A program made the position numbers and the translations under genes. Below, piece by piece: positions 1 through 8,888 of a DNA stretch of 64,000 nt. Source of the stretch: Gemmatimonadota bacterium (GTDB lineage Bacteria > Gemmatimonadota > Gemmatimonadetes > Gemmatimonadales > GWC2-71-9); the NCBI GenBank assembly GCA_020350425.1, contig CP070716.1, forward strand, positions 2,077,373-2,141,372, written 5' to 3'. How positions within the stretch are numbered: position 1 is the stretch's first letter; every line of letters starts with the position of its first letter. The notes under the pieces are model-generated. The model had not been told where the DNA came from. It was given only the letters and a program-made list of their open reading frames with translations, and did no database searches.

Positions 1-411
1 ATCTATCTGTTCCCGATCCCGGCGCCCGTGCGCGCCAAGTGGCTGGTGGTCTTTCTCGCTACGGTCACGCTCGTCGTGGCCATTTCCGCTAGCGAGGACG
101 GCGGCGTCGCGTCCCTGGCGCATCTGGGCGGCTTTCTCTTCGGCTTCATCTACGTACGGAGCGAAGCGGCCGTCGTCCGGCGAGCTCGTGCGGCCGCCCG
201 GAACCGGCTGCCCGCACACGTCGTGCCGCAACGGCGCGCGGGAGAGAGTCGCTGGAAGGAGCCGCAGCCGACTCCTACCGAGCCCGGCGAGGGTCGTTCT
301 GAGGAGCTCGACCGCGTGCTGGACAAGATCTCCGCGACCGGGATCGAGAGCCTGACGCTCCAAGAGCGCCGCCTGCTCGACGAGATGAGCCGCGACCTGC
401 GGGAGCACTGA
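1..411 (+). CDS. rhomboid family intramembrane serine protease, C-terminal part (5' end outside window)
   Basis: Frame 1 is open from base 1 (IYLFPIPAPVRAKW...), and the track starts at an internal GTG (28). Has TM segments, the rhomboid catalytic-His motif AHLGGFLFG, and a soluble tail EELDRVLDKISATGIESLTLQERRLLDEM. Confidence 0.75.
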   Translation: MYLFPIPAPVRAKWLVVFLATVTLVVAISASEDGGVASLAHLGGFLFGFIYVRSEAAVVRRARAAARNRLPAHVVPQRRAGESRWKEPQPTPTEPGEGRSEELDRVLDKISATGIESLTLQERRLLDEMSRDLREH

Positions 412-429
412 ACGGCGAGGGCACCGCTC

Positions 430-924
430 ATGGCACCCATTCTCGCGGTGCGGCAGGGCGATATCACCAGCTACGAAGGAGATGCCGTCGTCAACGCGGC
501 GAACAACCACCTGCAGCTGGGCGCGGGCGTCGCCGGGGCGATCCGCCGTGCGGGGGGGCCGGCGATCCAGCAGGAGTGCGACCGGCGCGGATCGATCCGG
601 GTCGGTCAGGCGGCCATCACGGGCGCAGGCGGGATGGCGGCGCGCTACGTGATCCACGCCGCCGTCATGGGCGACGAGCCCGTGTCCGAGCGATCGATCC
701 GCGAGAGCACCGAGGCGAGCCTCGAGCTGGCTGCACGGCACCTGGTGAGGCGCATCGCTTTTCCGGTATTGGGCAGCGGCGTCGGCGGCTTCGACTTCGA
801 GCGGGCGGCAACCATCATGCGCGACACCGTTCGCGCATCCTCTCACGCCGACACCCTGGAAGAGATCGTGTTCTACGGGTTCCTTCCCGAGCAAGCGGCG
901 GCCCTCGAGACACTCATGCGATAA
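430..924 (+). CDS. macro domain protein (ADP-ribose binding / O-acetyl-ADP-ribose deacetylase-like)
   Basis: 164-aa ORF with macro-domain motifs GDITSYEGDAVVNAANNHLQLGAGVAGAI and YVIHAAVMG, plus FPVLGSGVGGF. Confidence 0.8.
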   Translation: MAPILAVRQGDITSYEGDAVVNAANNHLQLGAGVAGAIRRAGGPAIQQECDRRGSIRVGQAAITGAGGMAARYVIHAAVMGDEPVSERSIRESTEASLELAARHLVRRIAFPVLGSGVGGFDFERAATIMRDTVRASSHADTLEEIVFYGFLPEQAAALETLMR

Positions 925-1004
925 CACAACGCACTGTCGCGTTGGTGGCGACGGATCCGGGGGTTGTCAGTATTCGGAGTGCGTCACAAATTGGTGGCGC
1001 CTCC

Positions 1005-1949
1005 ATGCTCATCAACCTCGTTCCGGAATTCCTCGCCGCGCTCGACGCACCGGACCCCCTGGAGGCGTATCGTCGCTACGTGCGGGACCATTTCCCAGTT
1101 CTCGCAGCCTACTGGCACAATTACATCCTCGACCTCGATAGCCCGCACGCCCAGGATGTCATCGAGCGTACGCTGACGGCGGATCGCCGCGACTTGCACG
1201 CCCTGCTACAGCGAAACGACGTGGTCTCTGCCGCAGAGGAGACCGTGCGGCGCTGCGAGGAAGTGTTCCAGACCGACCGGCAATTCGACGTGTATCTCAT
1301 GGTGGGCGTGGGCGGGGCCAACGCCGGAGAGCTGGTCGTCGGCGGCCGCGGGATTGCCTTCGTCTGCCTCGAGCACTTCACGGGTCGGCCAAACCACGAA
1401 TCCCTGGGGCTGGGGCTCAAGCCCGGGCTCCTGCCGCTGTGGATCGCCCACGAGGTGGCTCACACGGTGCGCTACACCTCGCCCGACAGCCGCAGCGAGC
1501 TCGCCAGCATCGTGGCCGCCATGGATGGCTCCTACGACTACTGGGAAACCGGCAGCCGCGCCACGTTGCGGGAGCTCATCGTGAACGAGGGCCTCGCGGT
1601 AGCCGGCGCACGGGCCGTCGTGCCCGGGCACGACATGTGGGAGTACCTGGGCTATGCCCGCCGGCAATACCGCCGCATGCGCCAGCTCGAGGCGTTTCTC
1701 ACGCGCGCGGCGGAGGACGAGCTCGACCAGCGGGGCCTGGGCTACCGGCTCCGGTACCTCTCCGGCGGCGTGCCTGCCGCGCAGCGATTGGTGCGCGGCA
1801 AAGTCGTGCCGGAGCGCTCCGGATACTACCTGGGCTACCGCATGGTCGAGGCCATCGTGGAGGCGCGCGGTATTGCGGACGCGCTCAGGGCGAGCTCCGA
1901 GGAGTGCGTTGCGTACGAGCAGCGGGCGCGCGGCGTGCAAAGCGCATGA
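1005..1949 (+). CDS. putative Zn-dependent metalloprotease (DUF2268-like, HExxH)
   Basis: Internal ATG 1005 (MLINLVPEFL...) of the 457-aa track ORF. The upstream part overlaps the macro gene in another frame and looks spurious. HExxH motif WIAHEVAHTVRY. Family assignment is from memory only. Confidence 0.55.
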   Translation: MLINLVPEFLAALDAPDPLEAYRRYVRDHFPVLAAYWHNYILDLDSPHAQDVIERTLTADRRDLHALLQRNDVVSAAEETVRRCEEVFQTDRQFDVYLMVGVGGANAGELVVGGRGIAFVCLEHFTGRPNHESLGLGLKPGLLPLWIAHEVAHTVRYTSPDSRSELASIVAAMDGSYDYWETGSRATLRELIVNEGLAVAGARAVVPGHDMWEYLGYARRQYRRMRQLEAFLTRAAEDELDQRGLGYRLRYLSGGVPAAQRLVRGKVVPERSGYYLGYRMVEAIVEARGIADALRASSEECVAYEQRARGVQSA

Positions 1950-2182
1950 AGAGGTCGCCGAGGAAAGCGGCGGAGAAGGCGGCCAAGCCCCTCCCGGAAC
2001 GCCGGCAGAAACGGGTGCTTCGCGAGGTCATGGATGAGCTGATCGACCACGTGCGCGACGTATCGCGGGGTGCCTCAGAGATGGGCCCCTCCGACCTGGA
2101 GTATGCACAGGAGCGGCTCCAGTGGCTCGCGGACGAGATCTGGCGGCTCGCGCTGGAAGGAGACGACGACTCGCTGGGGTAA
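1946..2182 (+). CDS. hypothetical small helical protein
   Basis: ATG 1946 overlaps the upstream TGA (ATGA), suggesting translational coupling. 78 aa: a basic N-terminus, then LREVMDELIDHVRDV...LQWLADEIWRLALEG. High GC3 in this frame. Confidence 0.45.
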   Translation: MKRSPRKAAEKAAKPLPERRQKRVLREVMDELIDHVRDVSRGASEMGPSDLEYAQERLQWLADEIWRLALEGDDDSLG

Positions 2183-2222
2183 TGACGGGCCGCGGTCGAG
2201 GCGCCACCTCGCCCCTCTCCAC

Positions 2223-3569
2223 CTACTTCCCGACACAGAAGGTCGCGAACACCAGCTCGAGGACGTCCTCGGCCGTCACGACGCCGATCACGTCCTCCAA
2301 GGCCGCCACCGCGGCACGCAGGTGGGTAGCCGCCACGGCGCCCTCGAACCCTTCATCCCGAGCACACCGGAATCCCCGAACCTCGAGGAGCGCCCGCTCC
2401 AGGGCGTCCCTGTGCCGCTCACGGGTGATGAGCGGCTCGACGTCGCCGCGTCCCGCCAAGGTGGTGAATGCCAGTTCGGCGAGCCGCGCTCGCAGCGCCG
2501 CGAGCCCCTCACCGGTCTGGACGGAGACGACCACCTCGTCGCCCTGGGCGGCTCGTGATGGCTCGGCCAAATCCGCCTTGGTCCGCACCCTCACGAGGGG
2601 AGCCTCCACCCCCGCCAGGAACCCCTGCTCCTCTTCGGTCAGGGCCCGGCCCGCTTCGGCGCAGAAGATCACGACGTCGGCCGCCGCGAGGTAGCGCAGG
2701 CTCACCTCGATCCCGATCCGCTCCACGGCGTCACCGGACTCCCGCAGGCCGGCGGTGTCGATGAGACGGAACGGGAAGCCGCCGCAGGTGGCCGGCGCCT
2801 CGATGGCGTCGCGCGTGGTGCCGGGCACGTGCGTGACGATGGCTCTCTCGCTGCCGAGGAGGGCGTTGAACAACGAAGACTTTCCGGCGTTGGGCCGGCC
2901 TGCGATCACGGCCAGTGCACCCTCACGCAGTCGCTCACCCTCGCCCGCGGTGCCGATGAGTCGGCTCAGGGCGCTCTCCACCGCAGCGATCGCCTCCGCA
3001 ATACGCTCCGGCGGTACGGGGCCGCCGTCTTCCTCGGGAAAGTCGATCTCATAGCTGACCAGGGCCTCGAGCTGCAGCACCTGCTCCCGCAGCCCGCCGA
3101 TACGCGCCGACAGCCCGCGGTCCAGCTGCCCCAGGGCGGCGCGGCGCTGTGCCGGCGCCGTCGCATCGATGAGATCTGCCACGGCCTCCGCCTGCAGCAG
3201 GTCCAACTTTCCGTTCACGACCGCGCGCCGCGTGAACTCGCCCGCGACTGCCTGCCGGGCGCCCGCTGCATGCAGTGCGCCCAACACTTCCGCCGGCACG
3301 AGCAGCCCTCCGTGCGTGGAGATCTCCACCATGTCCTCGCCGGTGTACGAAGCGGGCGCGCGATAGGTCACGTAGAGGGCCTCGTCCAGCAGTTCGCGCC
3401 GCGTGGGATGGACGGCGGGCGAGAGGCGTGCGGTGCGCCAGGGCTCGGCCCGGAACCGGGTGAGGACACGGCGAGCGACCTCGTGTGCCCCGCTCCCGGA
3501 GACCCGAACGAGGGCGAGCCCACTGCGCCCCGGTGGGGTGGCGAGCGCAGCGATGACGTCGGTGAGCAC
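2223..3569 (-). CDS. mnmE: tRNA uridine-5-carboxymethylaminomethyl modification GTPase MnmE
   Basis: 448 aa. N-terminus IAALATPPGRSGLALVRVSG, G-domain GRPNAGKSSLFNALLG / DTAGLRE / TKADL, C-terminal CVGK motif. Confidence 0.95.
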   Translation of the reverse strand: MLTDVIAALATPPGRSGLALVRVSGSGAHEVARRVLTRFRAEPWRTARLSPAVHPTRRELLDEALYVTYRAPASYTGEDMVEISTHGGLLVPAEVLGALHAAGARQAVAGEFTRRAVVNGKLDLLQAEAVADLIDATAPAQRRAALGQLDRGLSARIGGLREQVLQLEALVSYEIDFPEEDGGPVPPERIAEAIAAVESALSRLIGTAGEGERLREGALAVIAGRPNAGKSSLFNALLGSERAIVTHVPGTTRDAIEAPATCGGFPFRLIDTAGLRESGDAVERIGIEVSLRYLAAADVVIFCAEAGRALTEEEQGFLAGVEAPLVRVRTKADLAEPSRAAQGDEVVVSVQTGEGLAALRARLAELAFTTLAGRGDVEPLITRERHRDALERALLEVRGFRCARDEGFEGAVAATHLRAAVAALEDVIGVVTAEDVLELVFATFCVGK

Positions 3570-3619
3570 GGCTCGAAGTTAGGGGGACCGGTGGGGCGGG
3601 GGCCAGGCGAGGGCGCGCG

Positions 3620-5269
3620 CTACTCTCGCTTGTTGTTCACCCGCTTCATCCGCTGCTGGGAGATCAACCACTGCTGGGGGATGCTCGCGATGTTGCTGAC
3701 CGCGTAATACAGGTTCAAGCCCGCCGACAGCTTCAGGAAGATGAAGGTGAGGAACCCCGGCATGACGTACAACATCATCTTCGCCTGCGGGTTGGGCGGC
3801 ACGCCTCGCTGTCCGATCTTGGACACGACGAACATGGACAGCCCCATCAGGATCGGAATGATGTAGAGCGGGTCGGGGCGTGACAGATCGGGCAGCCATA
3901 GGAACGGCACGCCCCGGAACTCGATCGTTTCCCGGAACACGAAGAAGAGCGCGAACAGCACGGGCATCGGGATCAACATGGGCAGGCAGCCGCCCAGCGG
4001 GTTCACCCCGTGCTCCTTGTACAGCTTCATGACCTCCTGCTGCATCCGCTGCGGATCCTGCTTGTAGCGCTCCTGCACCGCCTTCAGCTCGGGCTGGATC
4101 GCCTGCATCGCCATGCTGGACTTCATCGCCTTCTGGTTGAGCGGCCACAAGAGCAGGCGCATCGCCAGCCCGAAGACGATCAACACCCAGCCGTAGCTCA
4201 GGTTCAACACGCCGTGCATCCACAGGAGAATCCGTACGATCAGGTTGGCGAACGGCCGGATGATCGGCCGGAAGACCCAGCCGTACGGGTTCACATCCTC
4301 CAGGTCATGACCGATGCGGGCGAGGCGGCGAAACTCCTGCGGACCGATGTAGCCCACGAAGCCGAACACGCCTCCCGGCGCGGGCAGCGATGACACGACG
4401 TCGGCGCGGGTCGCGTTCTTCCCGTCGCGTGCGCCGCCCGTGACCATCGCGCCCCCGAACTGGGCATGCTCCTCCTCGACTGCGAGCACGGCGGTCAGGA
4501 AGTACTTCGACTTCACCGCGACCCACTCGAACGGACCCTCGAGAGCGCGTTGCTCTCCCGGGTCGAGTGAGCGGAAGTCCAGGCGTTCGGTCTTGGCGGC
4601 CTTGGTGACCACCGAGTACGAGCGGTAGTCGAGGACGCTGTCGGCCTCCACGAGGGCGATGCGCGGTCCCAGTCGCACGAGGACGAAGCCACTCGACTCG
4701 GTGCCGCTGATCCGGCCGTGCACATCGAACAGGTACTGATCGGGCCGGAAGGTGTAGGTCAGCTCGACGGCTAGCGCACCCCGCCGCCCGATCCAGCGTA
4801 GCTCCGTGCCATCGGTGGCGACGGTGACCGCCGTGTCACTGGGCTCGAACGTCCAGTCGGCCAGCGACAGCGTGTCTTCGCCGAACACCAGCGCGTACTC
4901 CAGGAAGCGGGATTCCACCGGCAGTAGCTCCGCCTGACCCGTATCTCCGGGCGCGAACGTACGGTACTCCCCGAGTTGGGCCGACACCGGCTTTGCGCCC
5001 GCCGACGAGAACACCAACCGGAAGAGCGGCGACTGCACCACCACCTGCTGTTCGGGGATCGTGTCCGTCTGGGGAACCTCCGCGACCGCGGCGATCGAGG
5101 CCTCCCGGAGCGTATCCGGTGCAACGATGACCGTTTCGGGCGGCGGTGATACGAGGGTGTCGAGAGCGCCCGCCAGCTGCGGCGGCGGCGGCTCGCGCTT
5201 GATGAGCAGCGCAGGCAGCACCGCGACGACCAGCATCAGGACGATGGCGAGGGCGGTTCGGCGATCCAT
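3620..5269 (-). CDS. yidC: membrane protein insertase YidC
   Basis: Conserved core YGWVLIVFGLAMRLLLWPLNQK ... NPLGGCLPMLIPMPVLFALFF. ATG 5269 (MDRRTALAIVLML) is preferred. The track start, GTG 5302, lies inside yidD. Confidence 0.9.
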   Translation of the reverse strand: MDRRTALAIVLMLVVAVLPALLIKREPPPPQLAGALDTLVSPPPETVIVAPDTLREASIAAVAEVPQTDTIPEQQVVVQSPLFRLVFSSAGAKPVSAQLGEYRTFAPGDTGQAELLPVESRFLEYALVFGEDTLSLADWTFEPSDTAVTVATDGTELRWIGRRGALAVELTYTFRPDQYLFDVHGRISGTESSGFVLVRLGPRIALVEADSVLDYRSYSVVTKAAKTERLDFRSLDPGEQRALEGPFEWVAVKSKYFLTAVLAVEEEHAQFGGAMVTGGARDGKNATRADVVSSLPAPGGVFGFVGYIGPQEFRRLARIGHDLEDVNPYGWVFRPIIRPFANLIVRILLWMHGVLNLSYGWVLIVFGLAMRLLLWPLNQKAMKSSMAMQAIQPELKAVQERYKQDPQRMQQEVMKLYKEHGVNPLGGCLPMLIPMPVLFALFFVFRETIEFRGVPFLWLPDLSRPDPLYIIPILMGLSMFVVSKIGQRGVPPNPQAKMMLYVMPGFLTFIFLKLSAGLNLYYAVSNIASIPQQWLISQQRMKRVNNKRE

Positions 5270-5279
5270 CGACGGCGCG

Positions 5280-5519
5280 CTAGGGTACCGGGTCGTAGCC
5301 ACCCGGATGGAACGGGTGGCACTTCAGAATCCGCCTGGCGCCCAGCCACGATCCCCGCAGTACGCCGTAACGGTTCACGGCTTGGAGGGCGTAGCTAGAG
5401 CAGGTCGGGGCGAACCGGCAGGGAGACGGAAATGGTGAAGCCAGCACCTGGTACAGGCGGATCAGGCCCATGACCACGTGCCGCGGCCAGCGGATTACCC
5501 GGAGAGCGTATGTGCCCAT
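5280..5519 (-). CDS. yidD: membrane protein insertion efficiency factor YidD
   Basis: Conserved [61 protein letters not shown]. Start is ATG 5519 or ATG 5471. The 127-aa track ORF is over-extended into rnpA. Confidence 0.85.
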   Translation of the reverse strand: MGTYALRVIRWPRHVVMGLIRLYQVLASPFPSPCRFAPTCSSYALQAVNRYGVLRGSWLGARRILKCHPFHPGGYDPVP

Positions 5520-5779
5520 TGCTCCAGATCGCGGGCGAGGGCCTCGAAGTCGGCGTCGTAGGCCGACGCTCGTGACCGAATCACCAGGTCCAGGGGTGCG
5601 AGCGTCGGCAGGACACGCCGGCGGGAGATGTCCCGCAGGCGGCGGCGGAGCCGGTTGCGACACACAACGGTCTGGCCGTACCTGGGTACGACGACTGCCA
5701 GTCGCGGGTGTCCCACCTCGTTCTCACGCCAGGAGATGTCCAGTCTCGGGGTGCGGCGGCTGCGGCCCATCCGCGTCAC
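5495..5779 (-). CDS. rnpA: ribonuclease P protein component
   Basis: RNR-type basic motif [17 protein letters not shown], and position between rpmH and yidD. The frame stays open upstream of GTG 5779 (…[10 protein letters not shown]…), so the true start may be further 5'. Confidence 0.8.
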   Translation of the reverse strand: MTRMGRSRRTPRLDISWRENEVGHPRLAVVVPRYGQTVVCRNRLRRRLRDISRRRVLPTLAPLDLVIRSRASAYDADFEALARDLEQWAHTLSG

Positions 5780-5835
5780 CGCCGTCAGCTCAGATCTGCG
5801 CGTCAGGCGCCAGCTCCGGGGCAGTGCCTCGGGCG

Positions 5836-5997
5836 TCAGCGCCCTCCGTGCTTGGACGGCACCGTGGCGGCGAGGCGCTTGCGTCCCTTCTTGCGCCGGC
5901 GGCTCAACACGGCCCGGCCCCAGCGGGTACGCATCCGCTCCCTGAAACCGTGCTTATTCTTGCGCCGCCGATTGCGCGGCTGGTAGGTCCGTTTCAT
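5836..5997 (-). CDS. rpmH: 50S ribosomal protein L34
   Basis: Not in the ORF track (<60 aa). The reverse complement reads ATG...TGA = [53 protein letters not shown], the canonical L34 sequence. Confidence 0.95.
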   Translation of the reverse strand: MKRTYQPRNRRRKNKHGFRERMRTRWGRAVLSRRRKKGRKRLAATVPSKHGGR

Positions 5998-6064
5998 TCC
6001 CTCAAAATCCCTCTATTGCGGGGCGGAAAGCTAGTCGCACAGGGGGTTTGGGGTCAAGGTTGAC

Positions 6065-6073
6065 TTTTCCACA
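6065..6073 (+). promoter_or_regulatory. DnaA box-like 9-mer upstream of dnaA
   Basis: TTTTCCACA, one mismatch to TTATCCACA, 61 nt upstream of the dnaA ATG in the rpmH-dnaA divergent spacer. Confidence 0.5.
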
Positions 6074-6133
6074 TCGGCACGATACCATCGTGTGCCCTGT
6101 CCAACCACCCACCGAGTCGTCCGCAAATCGTAG

Positions 6134-7516
6134 ATGGATTTGACAGCTAAACAGGCGTGGTCTCGTCTCCTTGACGCCGCCCGCTCCCAGCTACCCGACC
6201 CGACGGTTCGGACCTGGCTGGATCCAGTCGAGCCGATCGACCTCAAGGAGGGGAGGCTCGTCCTCGCCGCCCCGGACCAATTCGCGGTGGAGTGGAACGA
6301 GTCCAAGCACTCCGAGCTGCTGGCCCAGCTGGCGGCCCAAGAGCTGGGCACCGCCCTCCAGGTCACGTTCCGTGTCCAGGAGGAGCGGACGCAACGGCCC
6401 CAGATGGACTTCTTCGTGGCGCCGACGGCCGCGGACGGCAAGGCCCAGGCCCGGACGACGCGCCCACTCAACGAGCGCTACTCCTTCCGGACCTTCGTCG
6501 TCGGCAAGTCCAACGAGCTGGCCGGCGCTGCCGCACACGCCGTCGCCGAGGCCCCCGGGAAGACCTACAACCCCCTGTTCATTTATGGGGCCACGGGGCT
6601 CGGCAAGACACACCTCATGCAGGCCATCGCCCACGCGGTCCTGGAGCGGGATGCCTCGAGCAGGGTGCTCTACATGGGCGCCGAGCAGTTCATCAACGAG
6701 GTGATCGAGAGCATCCACAGCCGCACCATGGTTGAGTTCCGCCGGCGGTACAGAACCGAGGTGGACATCTTCCTGGTCGACGACGTGCATTTCCTCGAAG
6801 GCAAGGAAATGACCCAGGAGGAGTTCTTCCACACGTTCAACGCCCTGCATGAGGCGCAAAAGCAGATCGTGCTCACGTCGGATCGGCCCCCCACCGAGAT
6901 CCCGGGACTCGAGTCCCGCCTGGTGAGCCGCTTCGAGTGGGGGATGGTGGCGGACATCGGGCAGCCAGACCTGGAGCACCGCATCGCGATCCTGCGAAAG
7001 AAGGCGGAGCAGGACCACCTGGAGCTCACGATTCCGGACGACGTGTTGCGCTTCATCGCCGAGCACGTGCGCAGCTCCGTGCGGGAGCTCGAAGGCTGCA
7101 TCATCAAGCTCCTGCTCTTCGCCTCGCTGAAGCACCGGGAAGTCACCGTGGAGCTCGCCCGCGAGGCCCTCGCCGACAAGATCGTGCAGGACGCGGCCGC
7201 CATGGCCGACCACCCGGCCAGCCTCCCGAGCGTCGACCGGGTTCAGGAGGTCGTGGCCCGCCGCTGGGGAGTTACCCCCGAGGGGCTGCGCTCGAAGGCA
7301 CGCACCAAGACGCTCACGGTCCCACGTCAGGTGGCCATGTTCCTGGCGCGTGAGCTGCTCGGCATGCAATTGGTGGAGATCGGGCAGGCGTTCGGCGGTC
7401 GCGACCACTCAACGGTGATTCACAGCCTCGACAAGGTGCAGCGCGAGATGGCGTCCGACCGGAAGTTCCGTGATCGGGTTGAACACGCACGCCGCGAGTT
7501 GGCACATGTCCACTAG
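6134..7516 (+). CDS. dnaA: chromosomal replication initiator protein DnaA
   Basis: 460 aa. AAA+ Walker A GATGLGKTHLMQAI, Walker B FLVDDVHFL, and C-terminal DNA-binding domain VPRQVAMFLARELL...FGGRDHSTVIHS. Confidence 0.97.
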   Translation: MDLTAKQAWSRLLDAARSQLPDPTVRTWLDPVEPIDLKEGRLVLAAPDQFAVEWNESKHSELLAQLAAQELGTALQVTFRVQEERTQRPQMDFFVAPTAADGKAQARTTRPLNERYSFRTFVVGKSNELAGAAAHAVAEAPGKTYNPLFIYGATGLGKTHLMQAIAHAVLERDASSRVLYMGAEQFINEVIESIHSRTMVEFRRRYRTEVDIFLVDDVHFLEGKEMTQEEFFHTFNALHEAQKQIVLTSDRPPTEIPGLESRLVSRFEWGMVADIGQPDLEHRIAILRKKAEQDHLELTIPDDVLRFIAEHVRSSVRELEGCIIKLLLFASLKHREVTVELAREALADKIVQDAAAMADHPASLPSVDRVQEVVARRWGVTPEGLRSKARTKTLTVPRQVAMFLARELLGMQLVEIGQAFGGRDHSTVIHSLDKVQREMASDRKFRDRVEHARRELAHVH

Positions 7517-7751
7517 CCAACACTGTGGACACGGCATATGTGGATCACTGTGGGGTACCGGGAAAGCCCTGTGTTGTAGACGAGCAGTCCACAGGCAGTC
7601 CCGAGAGTCTACATGAGCGCTGCGCTTGAACGGTTTTGATGAGAACGAGTTGCGGTATCTGTCAAGGTTTCAAGGCACTCTACTAGCACTACTAGATAGT
7701 AACCAGTAAAGTACTAGTAGAGTCTTTCCTCCACATCGCGTTAGAGAGAAC
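7517..7751. other. candidate oriC (DnaA-box cluster plus AT-rich unwinding region)
   Basis: The dnaA-dnaN spacer has box-like 9-mers at 7524-7532 (complement GTGTCCACA), 7539-7547 (complement TGATCCACA), 7585-7593 (CAGTCCACA) and 7727-7735 (TCCTCCACA). An AT-rich stretch at about 7625-7725 carries CTACTAG repeats. Confidence 0.6.
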
Positions 7752-8861
7752 ATGAAGTTCACCATCACGCGAGAGCGGTTACAAGAGGGTCTGGTTGCGG
7801 TCGCTGCCAGCGTACCGACGAAGACCACCCTGCCGGTGCTATCCAATATCCTGATGGAAGCGACGGCAGATGGGGTCCGGCTGTCGGGTACTGATCTGGA
7901 TATCGCCGTCAGCACGATGGTGCCGGCCGAAGTCGACGCCGAGGGTGCCGTTACGATCCCCGCCAAGAAGCTGGTGGAGATCGTACGTGAGCTCCCGAGC
8001 GCCGCCATCCGGGTGACGGCCGCTGGCGAGCAGCGGGTGCACCTGGAGTGCGGCCGCTCACGGTTCAAGCTGCTCGGCATTCCACGGGAGGAGTTTCCAA
8101 ACTTCCCACCGGTCAACTTCGATAACAGCTGGACCGTCACCTCCAGCGATCTCCAGAAGCTGATCAACCACGTGAGCTTCGCGGCGTCCACGGAGGAGAG
8201 CCGACCCATCCTCAATGGGGTGCTGTGGGAAGTAAAGGGCGAGATGATGCGGATGGTGGCAACCAACGGCCACCGGCTCGCCAAGATGGATGTCCCGGTA
8301 TCCAGCGGTGGTGCGTCGGCGGAGCTGATTGTGCCTCCTAAGGCTCTGGAGCAGGTGCGGCGCCTGTTCGGACCGTCGGATGAGATCGAGATCGCGAAGA
8401 GCGACAACCATCTGGGGTTCCGCACTGGCGCCACGCAGGTCTTCACCCGCCTCGTCGAGGGTCCGTACCCGAACTACGAGCAGGTCATCCCACGCGAGAA
8501 CGATCGTGCCTGCACGGTGGAGAAGGACGGCCTCGCGTCGGCGCTGCGCCGGGTTGGGGTGGTCGCGAGCGACCAGACCCACCGCGTGCGCCTGCAATTC
8601 ACGGGCGGCGCCCTGAAGCTCAGCGTCAACACACCGGATCTGGGCGAGGCCCAGGACGAGATCGCCGTGACCTACGACGGCGATGTGCTCGAGATCGGCT
8701 TCAACGCCAACTACCTGCTCGAGATCCTGAAGTACATGCCGACCGACGAGGTGCGGCTCACCTTCAAGGCCCCGGAGCGCGCGGCCACGGTCGAGCCGGT
8801 CGGATGGGACGATCCCGCGCTGTATCTCTGCTTGGTGATGCCCCTGCGGCTGGTGGACTGA
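7752..8861 (+). CDS. dnaN: DNA polymerase III subunit beta (sliding clamp)
   Basis: 369 aa. MKFTITRERLQEGL..., three-domain length, position right after dnaA, and C-terminal ...LCLVMPLRL. Confidence 0.95.
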   Translation: MKFTITRERLQEGLVAVAASVPTKTTLPVLSNILMEATADGVRLSGTDLDIAVSTMVPAEVDAEGAVTIPAKKLVEIVRELPSAAIRVTAAGEQRVHLECGRSRFKLLGIPREEFPNFPPVNFDNSWTVTSSDLQKLINHVSFAASTEESRPILNGVLWEVKGEMMRMVATNGHRLAKMDVPVSSGGASAELIVPPKALEQVRRLFGPSDEIEIAKSDNHLGFRTGATQVFTRLVEGPYPNYEQVIPRENDRACTVEKDGLASALRRVGVVASDQTHRVRLQFTGGALKLSVNTPDLGEAQDEIAVTYDGDVLEIGFNANYLLEILKYMPTDEVRLTFKAPERAATVEPVGWDDPALYLCLVMPLRLVD

Positions 8862-8888
8862 TCCCCGCGCGGGGACCAGGCTGCAGTC

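Noticed and set aside
6191-7408. 405-aa minus-strand ORF antisense to dnaA. Similar cases: 17291-19141 antisense to slt/polA, 35567-36865 antisense to sufB, 45597-47096 and 47160-48518 antisense to GT39/mnmG, and 57701-59254 antisense to the aminotransferase/LOG genes.
   Set aside because: These are shadow ORFs typical of high-GC DNA. Their products are Arg/Gly/Pro/His-rich and low in complexity with no motifs. The opposite strand in each case encodes an unmistakable conserved protein.
8862-8875. Palindrome TCCCCGCGCGGGGA between convergent dnaN and the beta-barrel gene, considered as a bidirectional terminator
   Set aside because: It gives only a 5-bp stem with a 4-nt loop and has no U-tract on either strand. 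That is too weak to call a terminator.
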